DNA from: Malacoraja senta
Lineage: Eukaryota
Reading direction: 5' to 3'
Assembly (NCBI GenBank): GCA_038087875.1
Contig: CM075995.1
Location: 6,946,001-7,010,000, forward strand
DNA length: 64,000 nucleotides
Position numbers and translations under genes: made by a program. This document shows, one piece after another, positions 37,105-50,589 of this stretch. The notes under the pieces were generated by a model that saw only the letters and a list, made by a program, of their open reading frames with translations, did no database searches and was not told where the DNA came from. Numbering within the stretch: the stretch's first letter is position 1; each line of letters opens with the position of its first letter.

Positions 37105-37527
37105 GTCGGCCCCCCTCGGTCATGACTGACCATGGGTGATGCATCCTGGTCGGATGCAAGCCTGGAGATGTCATATGGAGGACAGGCTGTTGCCCATGCA
37201 GCACGTCCCCCCCTCTCCACGTCGCTGATCGATCCAAAGGAACAGCAGGGCCGTTACAGTTTGGCACCAGCGCCGTCGCAGGAGCTGCCAGAGCGAGGTT
37301 GTAGACAACGACGAACTGCCTTAGGGGCTCCGACTCCGGATTTACTTGAGGTTTACTCCTGGAGCCTTTTCCATGACTGGATATGGCCACAAGGCAGTGG
37401 GGGTTTTAAATCAGAGTTTTCCCTCTCCTAGATGGACTGCCTTCCCAGGCTGACGAGCCCCATCTGCCCGAGACTCGTGGGGGCGGGAGCGTCTACCTTC
37501 CCGTGCAGGGCTATAGAACCTGCCCAT
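37105..37527 (-). mobile_element. Probable non-autonomous non-LTR element (RTE/Vingi-like 5' UTR)
   Basis: Minus-strand ggcagatggggctcgtcagcctgggaaggcagtccatctaggagagggaaaactctga resembles 5' UTRs I recall from such elements. Family not verified. Confidence 0.35.
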
Positions 37528-37947
37528 ATATATTGTTATATATATGTGTATATACATATAGACACACACATATATACATATATAATACTACTATATGTTG
37601 TGTATATATATATATATATAACACACAATATAACAATATAACACACAATAAATATAAATATATATATAAGGTAGACACAAAATGCTGGAGTATCTAAGCG
37701 AGACTGGCAGCATCTCTGCAGAGAAGGAGTGGGTGACGTTTCGGTTCGAGTCTGAAGAAGGGTCTCGACCCGAAACGTCACCCATTCCTTCTCTCCAGAG
37801 ACGCTGCCTGTCCCGCTGAGTTACTCCAGCATTTTGTGTCTCCCTTTGATTTAAACCAGCATCTGCAGTTCTTTCCTACACATCCTATATATATAAATAT
37901 ATGTGTGTGTGTGTGTGTGTGTCATATATGGCTCAGGGTGAATATAT

Positions 37948-40900
37948 ACATAGATACATAGATACATAGAAAATAGGTGCAGGAGTAGGCCATTCAGCCC
38001 TTCGAGCCTGCACCGCCATTCAATATGATCATGGCTGATCATCCAACTCAGTATCCCGTCCCTGCCTTCTCTCCATACCCCCTGATCCCTTTAGCCACAA
38101 GGGCCACATCTAACTCCCTCTTAAATATAGCCAATGAACTGGCGTCAACTACCCTCTGCGGCAGAGAGTTCCAGAGATTCACCACTCTCTGTGTGAAAAA
38201 GTTTTTCCTCATCTCGGTCTTAAAGGATTTCCCCCTTATCCTTAAGCTGTGACCCCTTGTCCTGGACTTCCCCAACATCGGGAACAATCTTCCTGCATCT
38301 AGCCTGTCCAACCCCATAAGAATTTTGTACGTTTCTATAAGATCCCCTCTCAATCTCCTAAATTCTAGCGAGTATAAGCCAAGTCTATCCAGTCTTTCTT
38401 CATATGAAAGTCCTGACATCCCAGGAATCAGTCTGGTGAACCTTCTCTGCACTCCCTCTATGGCTATAATGTCCTTCCTCAGATTTGGAGACCAAAACTG
38501 TACGCAATACTCCAGGTGTGGTCTCACCAAGACCCTGTACAACTGCAGTAGAACCTCCCTGCTCCTATACTCAAATCCTCTTGCTATGAAGGCCAACATA
38601 CATTCGCTTTCTTCACTGCCTGCTGCACCTGCATGCCTACTTTCAATGACTGGTGTACCATGACACCCAGGTCTCGCTGCACCTCCCCATTTCCTAATCG
38701 GCCACCATTTAGATAATAGTCTGCCTTCCCGTTTTTGCCACCAAAGTGGATAACCTCACATTTATCCACATTATACTGCATCTGCCAAACATTTGCCCAC
38801 TCACCCAGCCTATCCAAGTCACCTTGCAGTCTCCTAGCATCCTCCTCACAGCTAACACTGCCCCCCAGCTTAGTGTCATCCGCAAACTTGGAGATGTTGC
38901 TTTCAATTCCCTCGTCCAGATCATTAATATAAATTGTAAATAGCTGGGGTCCCAGCACTGAGCCTTGCGGTACCCCACTAGTCACTGCCTGCCATTGTGA
39001 AAAGGACCCGTTTACTCCTACTCTTTGCTTCCTGTTTGCCAGCCAGTTCTCTATCCACATCAATACTGAACCCCCAATACCGTGTGATTTAAGCTTGTAT
39101 CCTAATCTCTTATGTGGTACCTTGTCGAAAGCCTTCTGAAAGTCCAGATACAACACATCCACTGGTTCTCCCCTATCCACTCTACTAGTTACATCCTCGA
39201 AAAATTCTATAAGATTCGTCAGACATGATTTACCTTTCGTAAATCCATGCTGACTTTGTCCAATGATTTCACCACTTTCCAAATGTGCTGCTATCCCATC
39301 TTTAATAACTGACTCTAGCAGTTTCCCCACTACCGATGTTAGACTAACTGGTCTGTAATTCCCCGTTTTTTCTCTCCCCCCCTTCTTAAAAAGTGGGGTT
39401 ATGTTTGCTACCCTCCAATCCTCAGGAACTACTCCAGAATCTAAAGAATTTTGAAAAATTATCACTAATGCATCCACTATTTCTGGAGCTACTTCCTTAA
39501 GTACTCTGGGATGCAGCCTATCTGGCCCTGGTGATTTATCGGCCTTTAATCCATTCAATTTACCCAACACCACTTCCCGACTAACCTGGATTTCACTCAG
39601 TTCCTCCATCTCCTTTGACCCGCGGCCCCCTGCTATTTTCGGCAGATTATTTATGTCTTCCTTAGTGAAGACGGAACCAAAGTAGTTATTCAATTGGTCC
39701 GCCATATCCTTGTTCCCCATGATCAACTCACCTGTTTCTGACTGCAAGGGACCTACATTTGTTTTAACTAATCTCTTTCTCTTCACATATCTATAAAAAC
39801 TTTTGCAGTCAGTTTTTATGTTCCCTGCCAGTTTCCTTTCATAATCTATTTTCCCTTTCCTAATTAAGCCCTTTGTCCTCCTCTGCTGGTCTCTGAATTT
39901 CTCCCAGTCCTCTGGTATGCTGCTTTTTCTGGCTAATTTGTACGCAACATCTTTTGCTTTGATACTATCCCTGATTTCCCTTGTTATCCACGGATGCACT
40001 ACCTTCCCTGATTTATTCTTTTGCCAAACTGGGATGAACATTTTTTGTAGTTCATCCATGCAGTCTTTAAATGCCTTCCATTGCATATCCACCGTCAACC
40101 CTTTTAGAACTAATTGCCAGTCAATCTTGACCAATTCACGTCTCATATCCTCAAAGTTACCTTTCTTTAAGTTCAGAACCGTTGTTTCTGAATTAACAAT
40201 GTCACTCTCCATCCTAATGAAGAACTCAACCATATTATGGTCACTCTTGCCCAAGGGGGCACGCACAACAAGTCTGCTAACTAACCCTTCCTCATTACTC
40301 AATACCCAGTCTAGAATAGCCTGCTCTCTCGTTGGTTCCTCTACATGTTGGTTTAGATAACTATCCCTCATACATTCCAAGAAATCCTCTTCCTCAGCAC
40401 CCCTGCCAATTTGATTCACCCAATCTATATGTAGATTGAAGTCACCCATTATAACTGTTTTGCCTTTGTTGCACGCATTTCTAATTTCCTGTTTGATGCC
40501 GTCCCCAACTTCACTACTACTGCTAGGTGGCCTGTACACAACACCCACCAGCGTTTTCTGCCCCTTAGTATTTCGTAGCTCTACCCATACCGATTCCACA
40601 TCCTCCAAGCTAATGTCCTTCCTTTCCACTGCGTTAATCTCCTCTCTAACCAGCAACGCTACCCCACCTCCTTTTCCTTTCTCTCTATCCCTCCTGAATA
40701 TTGAATATCCCTGGATGTTCAGCTCCCAGCCTTGGTCACCCTGGAGCCATGTCTCCGTGATCCCAACTATATCATAATCATTAATTGCTATCTGCACGTT
40801 CAACTCATCGACCTTATTACGAATGCTCCTTGCATTGAGACACAAAGCCTTCAGGCTTGTTTTTACAACGCTCTTACCCCTTATACAATTATGTTGGAAA

Positions 40901-42250
40901 GTGGCTCTTTTTGATTTTTGCCCTGGATTTGTCTGCCTGCCACTTTTACTTTTCACCTTGCTACCTATTGCTTCCGCCCGCATTTTGCACCCCTCTGTTT
41001 CTCTGCTCATCCATTTAAGAACCCCACCACCTCTTATTCTCTGTTTATTATTGTTTTCTTCTTTCCCCCCTACATGTTGGGTCTGAGTGCTTTCCTTCTC
41101 TGCCTCCTGCCTCACACACTGTCTAATAGCATTCTCTATTTGAGTCCCTCCCCACAACCATTCTAGTTTAAAGTCTCCCCAGTAGCCTTTGCAGATCTCC
41201 CTGCCAGGATATCGGTCCCCCTTAGGTTCAAGTGCAACCCATCCTTTTTGTACAGGTCGTACCTTCCACAAAAGAGGTCCCAATGATCCAGAAATTTGAA
41301 TCCCTGCCTTCTGCACCAGTCCTTCAGCCACGCATTTATCCTCCACCTCGCTCCATTCCTACTCTCACTGTCGCGTGGCACAGGCAGTAATCCCGAGATT
41401 GTTACCTTCGCTGTCCTTCTCTTTAACTCCCCTCCTAACTCCCTAAATTCTCCTTTCAGGACCTCTTCTCTTTTTTACCTATGTCATTGGTACCTATATG
41501 TATCACGACTTCGGGCTCCTCTCCCTGCCCTTTCAGGATGTCTTGGACACGTTGAGACACATCACAGACCCTGGCACCAGGGAGGCAAACTACCATCCGG
41601 GTCTCCCGACTGCGTCCACAGAATCGCCTGTCTGACCCCCTAACTATAGAGTCCCCTATTAATATTGCCCTCCTCTTCTTTTCCTTACCCTTCTGAGCAA
41701 CAGGACCGGTCTCTATACCGGAGGCCCGGCCGCTGTCGCTACCCCCAGGTAGGCTGTCCACCCCAACAGTGCTCAAACAGGAGTACTTATTGTCAAGGTG
41801 TACAGCCACCGGGGTACTCTCTAGTCCCTGCCTGTGCCCCTTGCCTCTCCCAACCGTGATCCACTTGCCTGCCTCCTGTGGTGTTGGAGTGACCACATCC
41901 CTGTAACTCCTCTCGATGACTTCCTCGCTCTCCCTGACCAGACGGAGGTCATCGAGCTGCTGCTCCAGGTTCCTAATACGGTCCATTAGGAGCCCCATCT
42001 CGATACACCTGACGCAGATGTGGACGTCTGGAGGGCTATCAGACTCCATGACTTCCCACATCTGACATCCAGAACAGTAAACTGCCCTGGCCTTCATACT
42101 CCCCTTACCCTGGATAGAATATAAAACAAACTGCTACAATACAAAACAAACTGATACAATACAAAACAAACTGCTACAATACAAAACAAACTGCTACAAT
42201 ACAAAACAAACTGATACAATACAAATCAAACTGCTACAATACAGTACAAT
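37948..42250 (-). mobile_element. Near full-length CR1 LINE: ORF1 (zinc finger + SGNH esterase) and ORF2 (APE + RT), each with one frameshift
   Basis: ORF1 41163-42097: CSGC..HICVRC, GDSIVRG, CLPGA, HIGTND, DGLHL. ORF2 about 38048-40880: LNARSI, GITETW, MGDFN, SDH, FADD. (CTATGTAT)n tail. Confidence 0.96.
42121..42250. repeat. 20-bp tandem repeat (ACAAAACAAACTGCTACAAT, about 6 copies) upstream of CR1 ORF1
   Basis: Seen directly. Confidence 0.9.
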
Positions 42251-42284
42251 CAGCAGGGATCCCCACTCTCCCCTGACTCTCAGT

Positions 42285-42312
42285 CTGAAGAAGGGTCTCG
42301 ACCCGAAACGTC
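42285..42312 (+). ncRNA. Minimal hammerhead-ribozyme-like core in a Penelope-derived terminal repeat
   Basis: CTGAAGA-A-GGGT(CTCG)ACCC-GAAACGTC. Identical cores at 37752-37779 (+) and 33358-33385 (-). Helix I pairing is weak. Confidence 0.55.
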
Positions 42313-42645
42313 ACCCATTCCTTCTCTCCAGAGATGCTGCCTGTCCCGCTGAGTTACTCCAGCATTTTGTGTCTACCTTCAGTTTAAACCAGCATCTGCA
42401 GTTCCTTCCTACACATTTAGAGAAATCTCTGCGACCATCAGTGGAATCGGCTGCAGTTCCTAATGTGGCCTTGAGAGGGAGCCCTTGTCTCAGATGGACC
42501 ACTCTACTTTTTTTGTTCACCCATTATAACATTAGTTGTGGATAAATATGGCTTCGGGACTGAGAGAGATACAAGAGACAAAACAAAACGGCCATTTATT
42601 GGAAGGAAATATGGATGCTCCAGGCGATTAAAGGGTGGTGAGCCA

Positions 42646-44197
42646 CTTAAGGAAGTAGCTCCAGAAATAGTGGATGCATTAGTGATAATTTTTCAAAACT
42701 CTTTAGATTCTGGAGTAGTTCCTGAGGATTGGAGGGTAGCAAACGTAACCCCACTTTTTAAGAAGGGAGGGAGAGAGAAAACGGGGAATTACAGACCAGT
42801 TAGTCTAACATCGGTAGTGGGGAAACTGCTAGAGTCAGTTATTAAAGATGGGATAGCAGCACATTTGGAAAGTGGTGAAATCATTGGACAAAGTCAGCAT
42901 GGATTTACGAAAGGTAAATCGTGTATGACGAATCTTATAGAATTTTTCGAGGATGTAACTAGTAGAGTGGATAGGGGAGAACCAGTGGATGTGTTGTATC
43001 TGGACTTTCAGAAGGCTTTCGACAAGGTACCACATAAGAGATTAGGAGACAAACTTAAATCACACGGTATTGGGGGTTCAGTATTGATGTGGATAGAGAA
43101 CTGGCTGGCAAACAGGAAGCAAAGAGTAGGAGTAAACGGGTCCTTTTCACAATGGCAGGCAGTGACTAGTGGGGTACCGCAAGGCTGGGACCCCAGCTAT
43201 TTACAATTTATATTAATGATCTGGACGAGGGAATTGAAAGCAACATCTCCAAGTTTGCGGATGACACTAAGCTGGGGGGCAGTGTTAGCTGTGAGGAGGA
43301 TGCTAGGAGACTGCAAGGTGACTTGGATAGGCTGGGTGAGTGGGCAAATGTTTGGCAGATGCAGTATAATGTGGATAAATGTGAGGTTATCCACTTTGGT
43401 GGCAAAAACGGGAAGGCAGACTATTATCTAAATGGTGGACGATTAGGAAATGGGGAGATGCAGCGAGACCTGGGTGTCATGGTACACCAGTCATTGAAAG
43501 TAGGCATGCAGGTGCAGCAGGCAGTGAAGAAAGCGAATAGTATGTTGGCCTTCATAGCAAGAGGATTTGAGTATAGGAGCAGGGAGGTTCTACTGCAGTT
43601 GTACAGGGTCTTGGTGAGACCACACCTGGAGTATTGCATACAGTTTTGGTCTCCAAATCTGAGGAAGGACATTATAGCCATAGAGGGAGTGCAGAGAAGG
43701 TTCACCAGACTGATTACTGGGATGTCAGGACTTTCATATGAAGAAAAGACTGGATAGACTTGGCTTATACTCGCTAGAATTTAGGAGAATGAGAGGGGAT
43801 CTTATAGAAACGTACAAAATTCTTATGGGGTTGGACAGGCTAGATGCAGGAAGATTGTTCCCGATGTTGGGGAAGTCCAGGACAAGGGGTCACAGCTTAA
43901 GGATAAGGGGGAAATCCTTTAAGACCGAGATGAGGAAAAACTTTTTCACACAGAGAGTGGTGAATCTCTGGAACTCTCTGCCACAGAGGGTAGTTGAGGC
44001 CAGTTCATTGGCTATATTTAAGAGGGAGTTAGATGTGGCCCTTGTGGCTAAAGGGATCAGGGGGTATGGAGAGAAGGCAGGTACGGGATACTGAGTTAGA
44101 TGATCAGCCATGATCATATTGAATGGCGGTGCAGGCTCGAAGGGCCGAATGGCCTACTCCTGCACCTATTTTCTATGTTTCTATGTTTCTATGTTTC
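42646..44197 (+). mobile_element. Young 5'-truncated CR1 LINE, same subfamily as 37948-42250, opposite orientation
   Basis: Near-identical RT peptides (ORFs 42538-43431, 43323-43757, 43738-44094). (CTATGTTT)n tail. Confidence 0.95.
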
Positions 44198-44234
44198 AAA
44201 CAGTGAGAGGATCCCAGAGGTAATGAAAGCTTTA

Positions 44235-44443
44235 AGGGCCTGTCCCAATCAGTCGCGTAAAAAGTCGTAGCGTCTTTCTGGTCTCCGCTAAATTTTCAAC
44301 ATGTTCGACAGTGGGTTTGACGCCAATGAGCGTAGCTTGACCTCTCCTGACATAGGTGCTGTCGTAGGTTGTCGCCAGTTTTTTCGGCAACCTGCTACGA
44401 CTATGACGGTGGCCGGTAGTTGCCAAAAAGTGGGACAGGCCCT
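44235..44443. mobile_element. PIF/Harbinger-like MITE with TTA target-site duplication
   Basis: tta|AGGGCCTGTCCCA...TGGGACAGGCCCT|tta. Confidence 0.85.
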
Positions 44444-44664
44444 TTAGACTTTGGAGATACAGCGAGGAAACTGGCCCTTCGGCCCACCGAGTCCGTGCCG
44501 GCCGGTGATCTCCACGTACACTAGCACTATCCTACACACTAGGGACAATTTTACCGAAGCCAATTAACCTACAAACGTGTACATCTTTGGAATGTGGAAG
44601 GAAAGTGGAGCACCCAAAAGATTTCAACTCATTTTACAGGAGTATTCATTATTTAGTTTGTTTA

Positions 44665-45388
44665 AATTAGTTCAGTTTAGTTTATTGTCACCTGTACCGA
44701 GGTACAGTGAAAAGCTTTTGTTGCATGCTAGCCAGTCAGCGGAAAGACAACACATGATTACAATCGAGCCATTTACAGTGTACAGATACTTGATAAGGGA
44801 ATAACGTTTAGTGCAAGATAAAGCCAGTGAAGTCCGATCAAGGATAGTCCGAGGGTCGCCAATGAGGTAGATAGTAGTTCAGGACCGCTCTCTAGTTGTG
44901 GTAGGATGGTTCAATTGCCTGATAACAGCTGGGAAGAAACTGTCCCTGAATCTGGAGGTGTGCGTTTTCACACTTCTATACCTCTTCCCGATGGGAGAGG
45001 GGAGAAGAGGGAGTGGCCGGGGTGTGACTGGTCCTTGATTATGCTGCTGGCCTTGCCGAGGCAGCGTGAGGTGTAGATGGAGCCAATGGAAGGGAAGTTG
45101 TGTTGTGTGATGGTCTGGGCTGTACAGGAAATATTAACATTTAAGGCATTTGTACTCCGAAAAAGACCCTATGCTTTAGTTGAGTTTATTGCCATGTGTA
45201 CCGAGGTACAGTGAAAAGCTTTTGTTGTGTGTTAACCAGTCAGCGGAAAGACAATACATGATTACAATCAAGCCGGTCCACTGTGTACAGATACAGGATA
45301 AAGGGAATAACGTTTATTGCAAGATAAAGATTAAAGATAGTCCGAGGGTCACCAACGAGGTAGATAGTAGCTCAGGACCGCTCTCTAG
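44665..45388 (-). mobile_element. Two tandem Rex1/Babar LINE 3' fragments
   Basis: Tail gcttttcactgtacctcggtacaggtgacaataaactaaact on the minus strand, with an HPGH..SPLPSGRRYRS-type coding remnant. Confidence 0.8.
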
Positions 45389-45852
45389 AGCTGCTGGACT
45401 GTGGAGCGGTCAGCTGCGGGCGGTGGCGCTGAACTTTACATCGGGAGCCTGGGATCTCGCGACGAGATCGCCAGTGGTGGAGCTCCATCGAGCGCGGCCT
45501 GTCGGCTTCGGAAGCCGCGGACTCCGGTAGGGAGACGGCCGTTCCAGGTGTCCCAAGCTGCTGAGAGGGTTCTCCCGACGCCGGAGCACCATCACCCGGC
45601 GAAGAAGGGCCTGTAACATCGGCCCCCGTAGCGGCGACTGTGGAGGCCTATATAGGCCAGACTATGGGTGGACAAGGGGATATGGACTGGACTTTGTGCC
45701 TTCACCCACAGTGGGAACCATTGTGGGGGGATGTTTTTATGTTTTATGTTAAATTTCTTTAATGTTGTGTCTATTTGTGCTGCATGGCAAGAACAAATTT
45801 CACTACACCATTTGGTGTATGTGACAATAAATGTCCTTTGACCTTTGTCCTT
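45389..45852 (+). mobile_element. GC-rich non-coding retroelement with Rex1-type tail, nested in a Rex1 fragment
   Basis: Shares accatcacccggcg and acttt..gccttc..cacagtg motifs with the 3129-4098 family. Tail tacacc-attt-ggtgta...gtgacaataaa followed by a short tandem repeat. Confidence 0.65.
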
Positions 45853-46165
45853 TAGTTGTTGACAGGATGGTTCAGTTGCCTGATAAAAGCTGGGAAGAAA
45901 CTAATATTGTGCTGGATCTTTAGATAGCCTGCTTCCCTGTCCACATCTCTTATACTATTGGTCAAATCTGCAGACATACTCACCAACCCATCTAAAAACA
46001 TAGAAACACAGAAAGATAGAAAATAGGTGCAGGAGTAGGCCATTCGAGCCAGCACCGCCATTCATTATGATCATGGCTGATCATCCAATATCAGTACCCC
46101 GTTCCTGCTTTCTCCCCATTTCCCTTGATTTCGTTAGCCCTAAGAACTATATCTAACTTCCTCTT

Positions 46166-46627
46166 GGGATGTCAGGACTTTCATATGAAGAAAGACTGGA
46201 TAGACTTGGCTTATACTCGCTAGAATTTAGGAGATTGAGGGGGATCTTATAGAAACGTACAAAATTCTTATGGGGTTGATGCAGGAAGATTGTTCCCGAT
46301 GTTGGGGAAGTCCAGGACAAGGGGTCACAGCTTAAGGATAAGGGGGAAATCCTTTAAGACCGAGATGAGGAAAAACTTTTTCACACAGAGAGTGGTGAAT
46401 CTCTGGAACTCTCTGCCACAGAGGGTAGTTGAGGCCAGTTCATTGGCTATATTTAAGAGGGAGTTAGATGTGGCCCTTGTGGCTAAGGGGATCAGGGGGT
46501 ATGGAGAGAAGGCAGGTACGGGATACTGAGTTGGATGATCAGCCATGATCATATTGAATGGCGGTGCAGGCTCGAAGGGCCGAATGGCCTACTCCTGCAC
46601 CTATTTTCTATGTATCTATGTATCTAT
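46166..46627 (+). mobile_element. CR1 LINE 3' fragment (young subfamily)
   Basis: ORF 46290-46529 matches the end of ORF 43738-44094. Confidence 0.92.
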
Positions 46628-46719
46628 GAATCTACATTTATGTCCAGGTCATTTTATACATATCACAAATAACAGAGGTCCCAGCAAGTGTATGGAAGTG
46701 CGTGGGAATAGAGGATATG

Positions 46720-47590
46720 GATCGTGGAAAATAGGTGGGAGGGGCAGGTAGTGTAGAGAAAGCAGGGACTCTGGAGAAGGACTTGGACAGGTTGGGATAG
46801 AGGGCAGAGAAGTGGCAGATGGAATATCGTGTAGCAATGTGCGGAGTCATGCATTTTGGTCGTAGGAATAAAGGTGTAGACTATTTTCTAAATAGAGAGA
46901 GAATCCAGAAATCAGAGGTGCAAAGGGACTTGGGAATGCTGGTGCAGGATTCCCCAAAAGATAATCTGCAAGTCAAATCGGTAGTAAAGAATGCCAACAA
47001 TGCTAGCATTTATTATGAGAGGGCTTGTATACAAAAACAGGGGTGTAATGCTAAGGCTCTATAAGCCACTGGTCAGGCCGCATTTGGAATATTGTGAGCA
47101 ATTTTAGGCACCATAACTGAGGAAGGATGTGCCGGCTCTGGAGAATGATCCCAGGGATGAGCAGGTTAACATATGATGAGCGTTTGATAGCACTGGGCCT
47201 GTACTCGCTGGAGTTTAGAAGAATGAGGGGGGACCTCATTGAAACGTACAGAATAGAGTGGATGTGGAGAGGATGTTTCCACTAGTGAGAGAGTCCAAGA
47301 CTAGAGGTCATAGCCTCAGAATTAAAGGACGTTCTGGTAGGAAGGAGATGAGGAAAAATGTCTTTAGTCAGAGGGTGGTGAATCTGTGGAATTCTTTGCC
47401 ACAGAAGGCTGTGGAGGCCAAGTCAATGGATATATTTAAGACAGAGATAGATAGATTCTTGATTAGTACAGGTGTCAGAGGTGATGGGGAGAAGGCAGGA
47501 GAATGGGGTGAGGAGGGAGAGATAGATCAGCCATTATTGCATGTTGGTGTAGACTTGATGGGCCGAATGGCCTAATTCTACTCCTATCTC
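46720..47590 (+). mobile_element. Older degenerate CR1 LINE fragment
   Basis: Decayed RT C-terminal motifs (VMHFGRRN, TRGHSLRIKG) and tail. Confidence 0.85.
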
Positions 47591-50589
47591 TCATACTCTT
47601 ACGATGTGCAGGCAGGTGAGATCAGTTTAACTTGGTATTGTGTTCGGCACAAAGATTGTGGGCCGAAGGGCCCATTCCTGTGCTGTACTATCTAATCACC
47701 TTCATCATAGATACATAGACAGCAGGTGCAGGAGTAGGCCATTCGGCCCTTCGAGCCAGCACCCCCATTCAATGTGATCATGGCTGATCAATCATAATCA
47801 GTACCCCGTTCCTGCCTTCTCCCCATATCCCTTGATTCCGCTAGCCCTAAGAGCTCTATCTAACTCTCTTTTGAATGCGTCCAGTGAATCAGCTTCCACC
47901 GCCCTCTGGAGGCAGCTCTCTGGGTGATTCCACAAATCCGCAACTCCTCTATAACCCCAAAATGAAGGGTGTTAGGGGTATGGAACGAGCTGTGGGAGGC
48001 AGTAGTTTAGGCTGGTGCTATCTCAATGTTTAAGAGACATTTAGGTGCATGGATAGGACAGGTTTAGAGTGATTGTTTTCTTGCAAGCTGTCCAGTGGAG
48101 TGTCAACTGGACATCTACTGGAGTAGCTACTCGAGCCCTACCTAAGCATATCCCCAATCCGCAAATTGTACAGAAAATGTCTACTGATCCCGCTTTCAAG
48201 AGACGCCATGTTTTGGCGCCATTTTCAAAGTCCAGCCCGCGCTCTAATTGTTATGAGCGGTGCCGCTGTAAGGCAGCAACTCTACCGCTGCGCCACCGTG
48301 CCGCCCCGAATTCGAAAAAAAAACTTGGAGAGGTACATGGATAGTATAGGTTTAGATAGAGGGATATGGGCCAACGCAGGCAGGCGGGACTAGTGTAGAT
48401 GGGATATGCTGGGCAAGTTGGGCCGAAGGGCCTGTTTCCACGCTGTGTGACCCGACGACTCTCTCACAGTGACTAAACCTTAAGCTAAGCGCTAATTACG
48501 TGTGACCGGAGGGAAACAGCATCAGACCCTTTGACCAGTCCAGACGCGATCTCTGACATTTACACGATTTTTAACAATGACCCATGATTCAGAAGTTCGA
48601 AGAAACCTCCAATTTCTTACAAAGAACCATTTAAAAATAAATTTGTGTCAAATTATCCTTGCTAAAAAATGTTGAAGTTTAAGAAGACATTTAGACAATA
48701 GACAACAGACAATAGGTGCAGGAATAGGCCATTCGCCCCTTCGAGCCAGCACCGCCATTCATTGTGATCATGGCTGATCATCCCCAATCAGTACCCCGTT
48801 CCTGCCTTCTCCCCATATCCCTTGACTCCGCTATTTTTAAGAGCTCTATCTAACTCTCTTTTGAAAACTTCTAGAGAATCGGCCAATGCCTTCTGAGGCA
48901 GAGAATTCCACAGATTCACAACTCTCTGGGTGAAAAAAAATGTCTTCATCTCCGTTCTAAATGGCCGACCCCTTGGTCTTAAATGGTGGCCCCTGGTTGT
49001 GGACTCCCCCAACATCGGGAACATGTTCCTTGCCTCTAGCGTGTCCAATCTTACAATGTTTAAATAAGATGCGCTGCCTGTACGGAGTTTGCACGTTCTC
49101 CCCCGTGAACTGCGTCGGTTTTCACCGAGATCTTCGGTTTCCTCCCACACTCCAGAGACGTGCAGGTTTTTTAGGTTAATTGGCTTGGTATAAACGTAAA
49201 ATTGTCCCTAGTGTGTGTGCGGGGATAGTGTTAATGTGCGGGGATCGCCAGTCGGCGTGGACCCGGTGGGCCGAAGGGCCTGTTTCCACGCTGTATCTCT
49301 AAACTAAACTAAAATAAACCAACAAACTAATCCGTCTGCTTCCAGATAAGAACTTAAATATTATAATTGCAATTAAATTTGCTTTTTGCAACGTATTCAA
49401 CCAAAAGAGGAAATTGCCTGGTGGACCTGAACTTAGGAAACAGATAAAAACCAAGAACAGTATTGTGTTATATATAATGTGTCAACAAACCAGTGTCACT
49501 TTAGTATAGTTTAATTTAGTATCGTTTATTATTGTCATGTACCGTGCTACAGTGAAAACCTTTTGTTTGTCTGCTTACCAGTCAAATAAAAGACTATTTA
49601 TGCTTACAATCACGCTGTCCGCAGAACACAGATAAAGGATAAAGGGCACAATATTTAATGCCAGATAAAATCCAATCAAGTCCGATTAATGATAAATCAA
49701 AGGTCTCCAAATAGGTAGATGGGAAGTCAGGACCGCAATCTCGCTGATTGGAGGACAGTTCACTTGCCCGACAACAGCTGGGAAGAAACTGTCCCTGAAT
49801 CGGGAGGTGTGCGTTTTCACACTTCTGTACCCCTTTGCCTGGTGGGAGAGGGAGAAGAGGGTGCGACTGGTCCTTGATTATGCTGCTGGCCTTGCCGAGG
49901 CAGCGTGAGGTGTAAATGGAGTCGATGGAAGGGAGGTTGGTTTGTGTGATGGTCTGGGCTGCGTCCACAACTCTCACCAGCTACCGAGCGGTCCTGACCT
50001 CCAATCTACCTTTGAATGATCTTTACTGGACTTTATGTTGCACTAAACGTGATTCCCTTTATCCTGTATCTGTACACTGTGGATGGCTTGAGTGTAATCG
50101 CGTATAGTCAATGCACGTGACAATTATAAAGTAAATTAAAACTTGTACCACTGTAACATCACATCCCAACCTTTATGTGTAGGGTGGAACTGCAGATGCT
50201 GGTTTACACCGAAGATAGATACAAAATGCTGGAGTAACTCTGCGGGACAGGCAACAAGCATCTTGTAACTGGTTATAGACACACAGTCAGGCAGCCTCTC
50301 TGGAGTGAAGGAATAGGTGACGTTTTGGGTCGAGACCGTTCTTCAGACTGAGAGTCAGGGGAGAGGGAAACTAGAGGTACGGAACAAATCAGAGCCGGCA
50401 CCGATGACCAAGGAAAGGTGGAGCCCACAATGGTCCATTGTTGGCTGGGGAAGAGATGGTAACCAAGGGATACGAACAGTGAGAGTAGCAGGATGGGGGA
50501 GGGACAGAGAGAGAGGGAAAGCAAAGGTGACTTGAACTTGGAGAAAGTAGAGGCGTCCGATTGAGGAGAGCTGGCTAAGCTTCCATGGG

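Noticed and set aside
37460..37530. HDV-like ribozyme at the 5' end of the RTE/Vingi-like fragment
   Set aside because: I could not build the P1/P2/P3 nested pseudoknot by eye. A descriptor search would be needed.
40900..41346. N-terminal extension of the 920-aa ORF as a novel domain fused to CR1 ORF2
   Set aside because: It overlaps the ORF1 end and the inter-ORF spacer in another frame. Endonuclease homology begins only near LKALCLNARSI.
42121..42250. 20-bp repeat array as CRISPR or iterons
   Set aside because: It is a head-to-tail minisatellite without spacers, adjoining a CR1 5' region.
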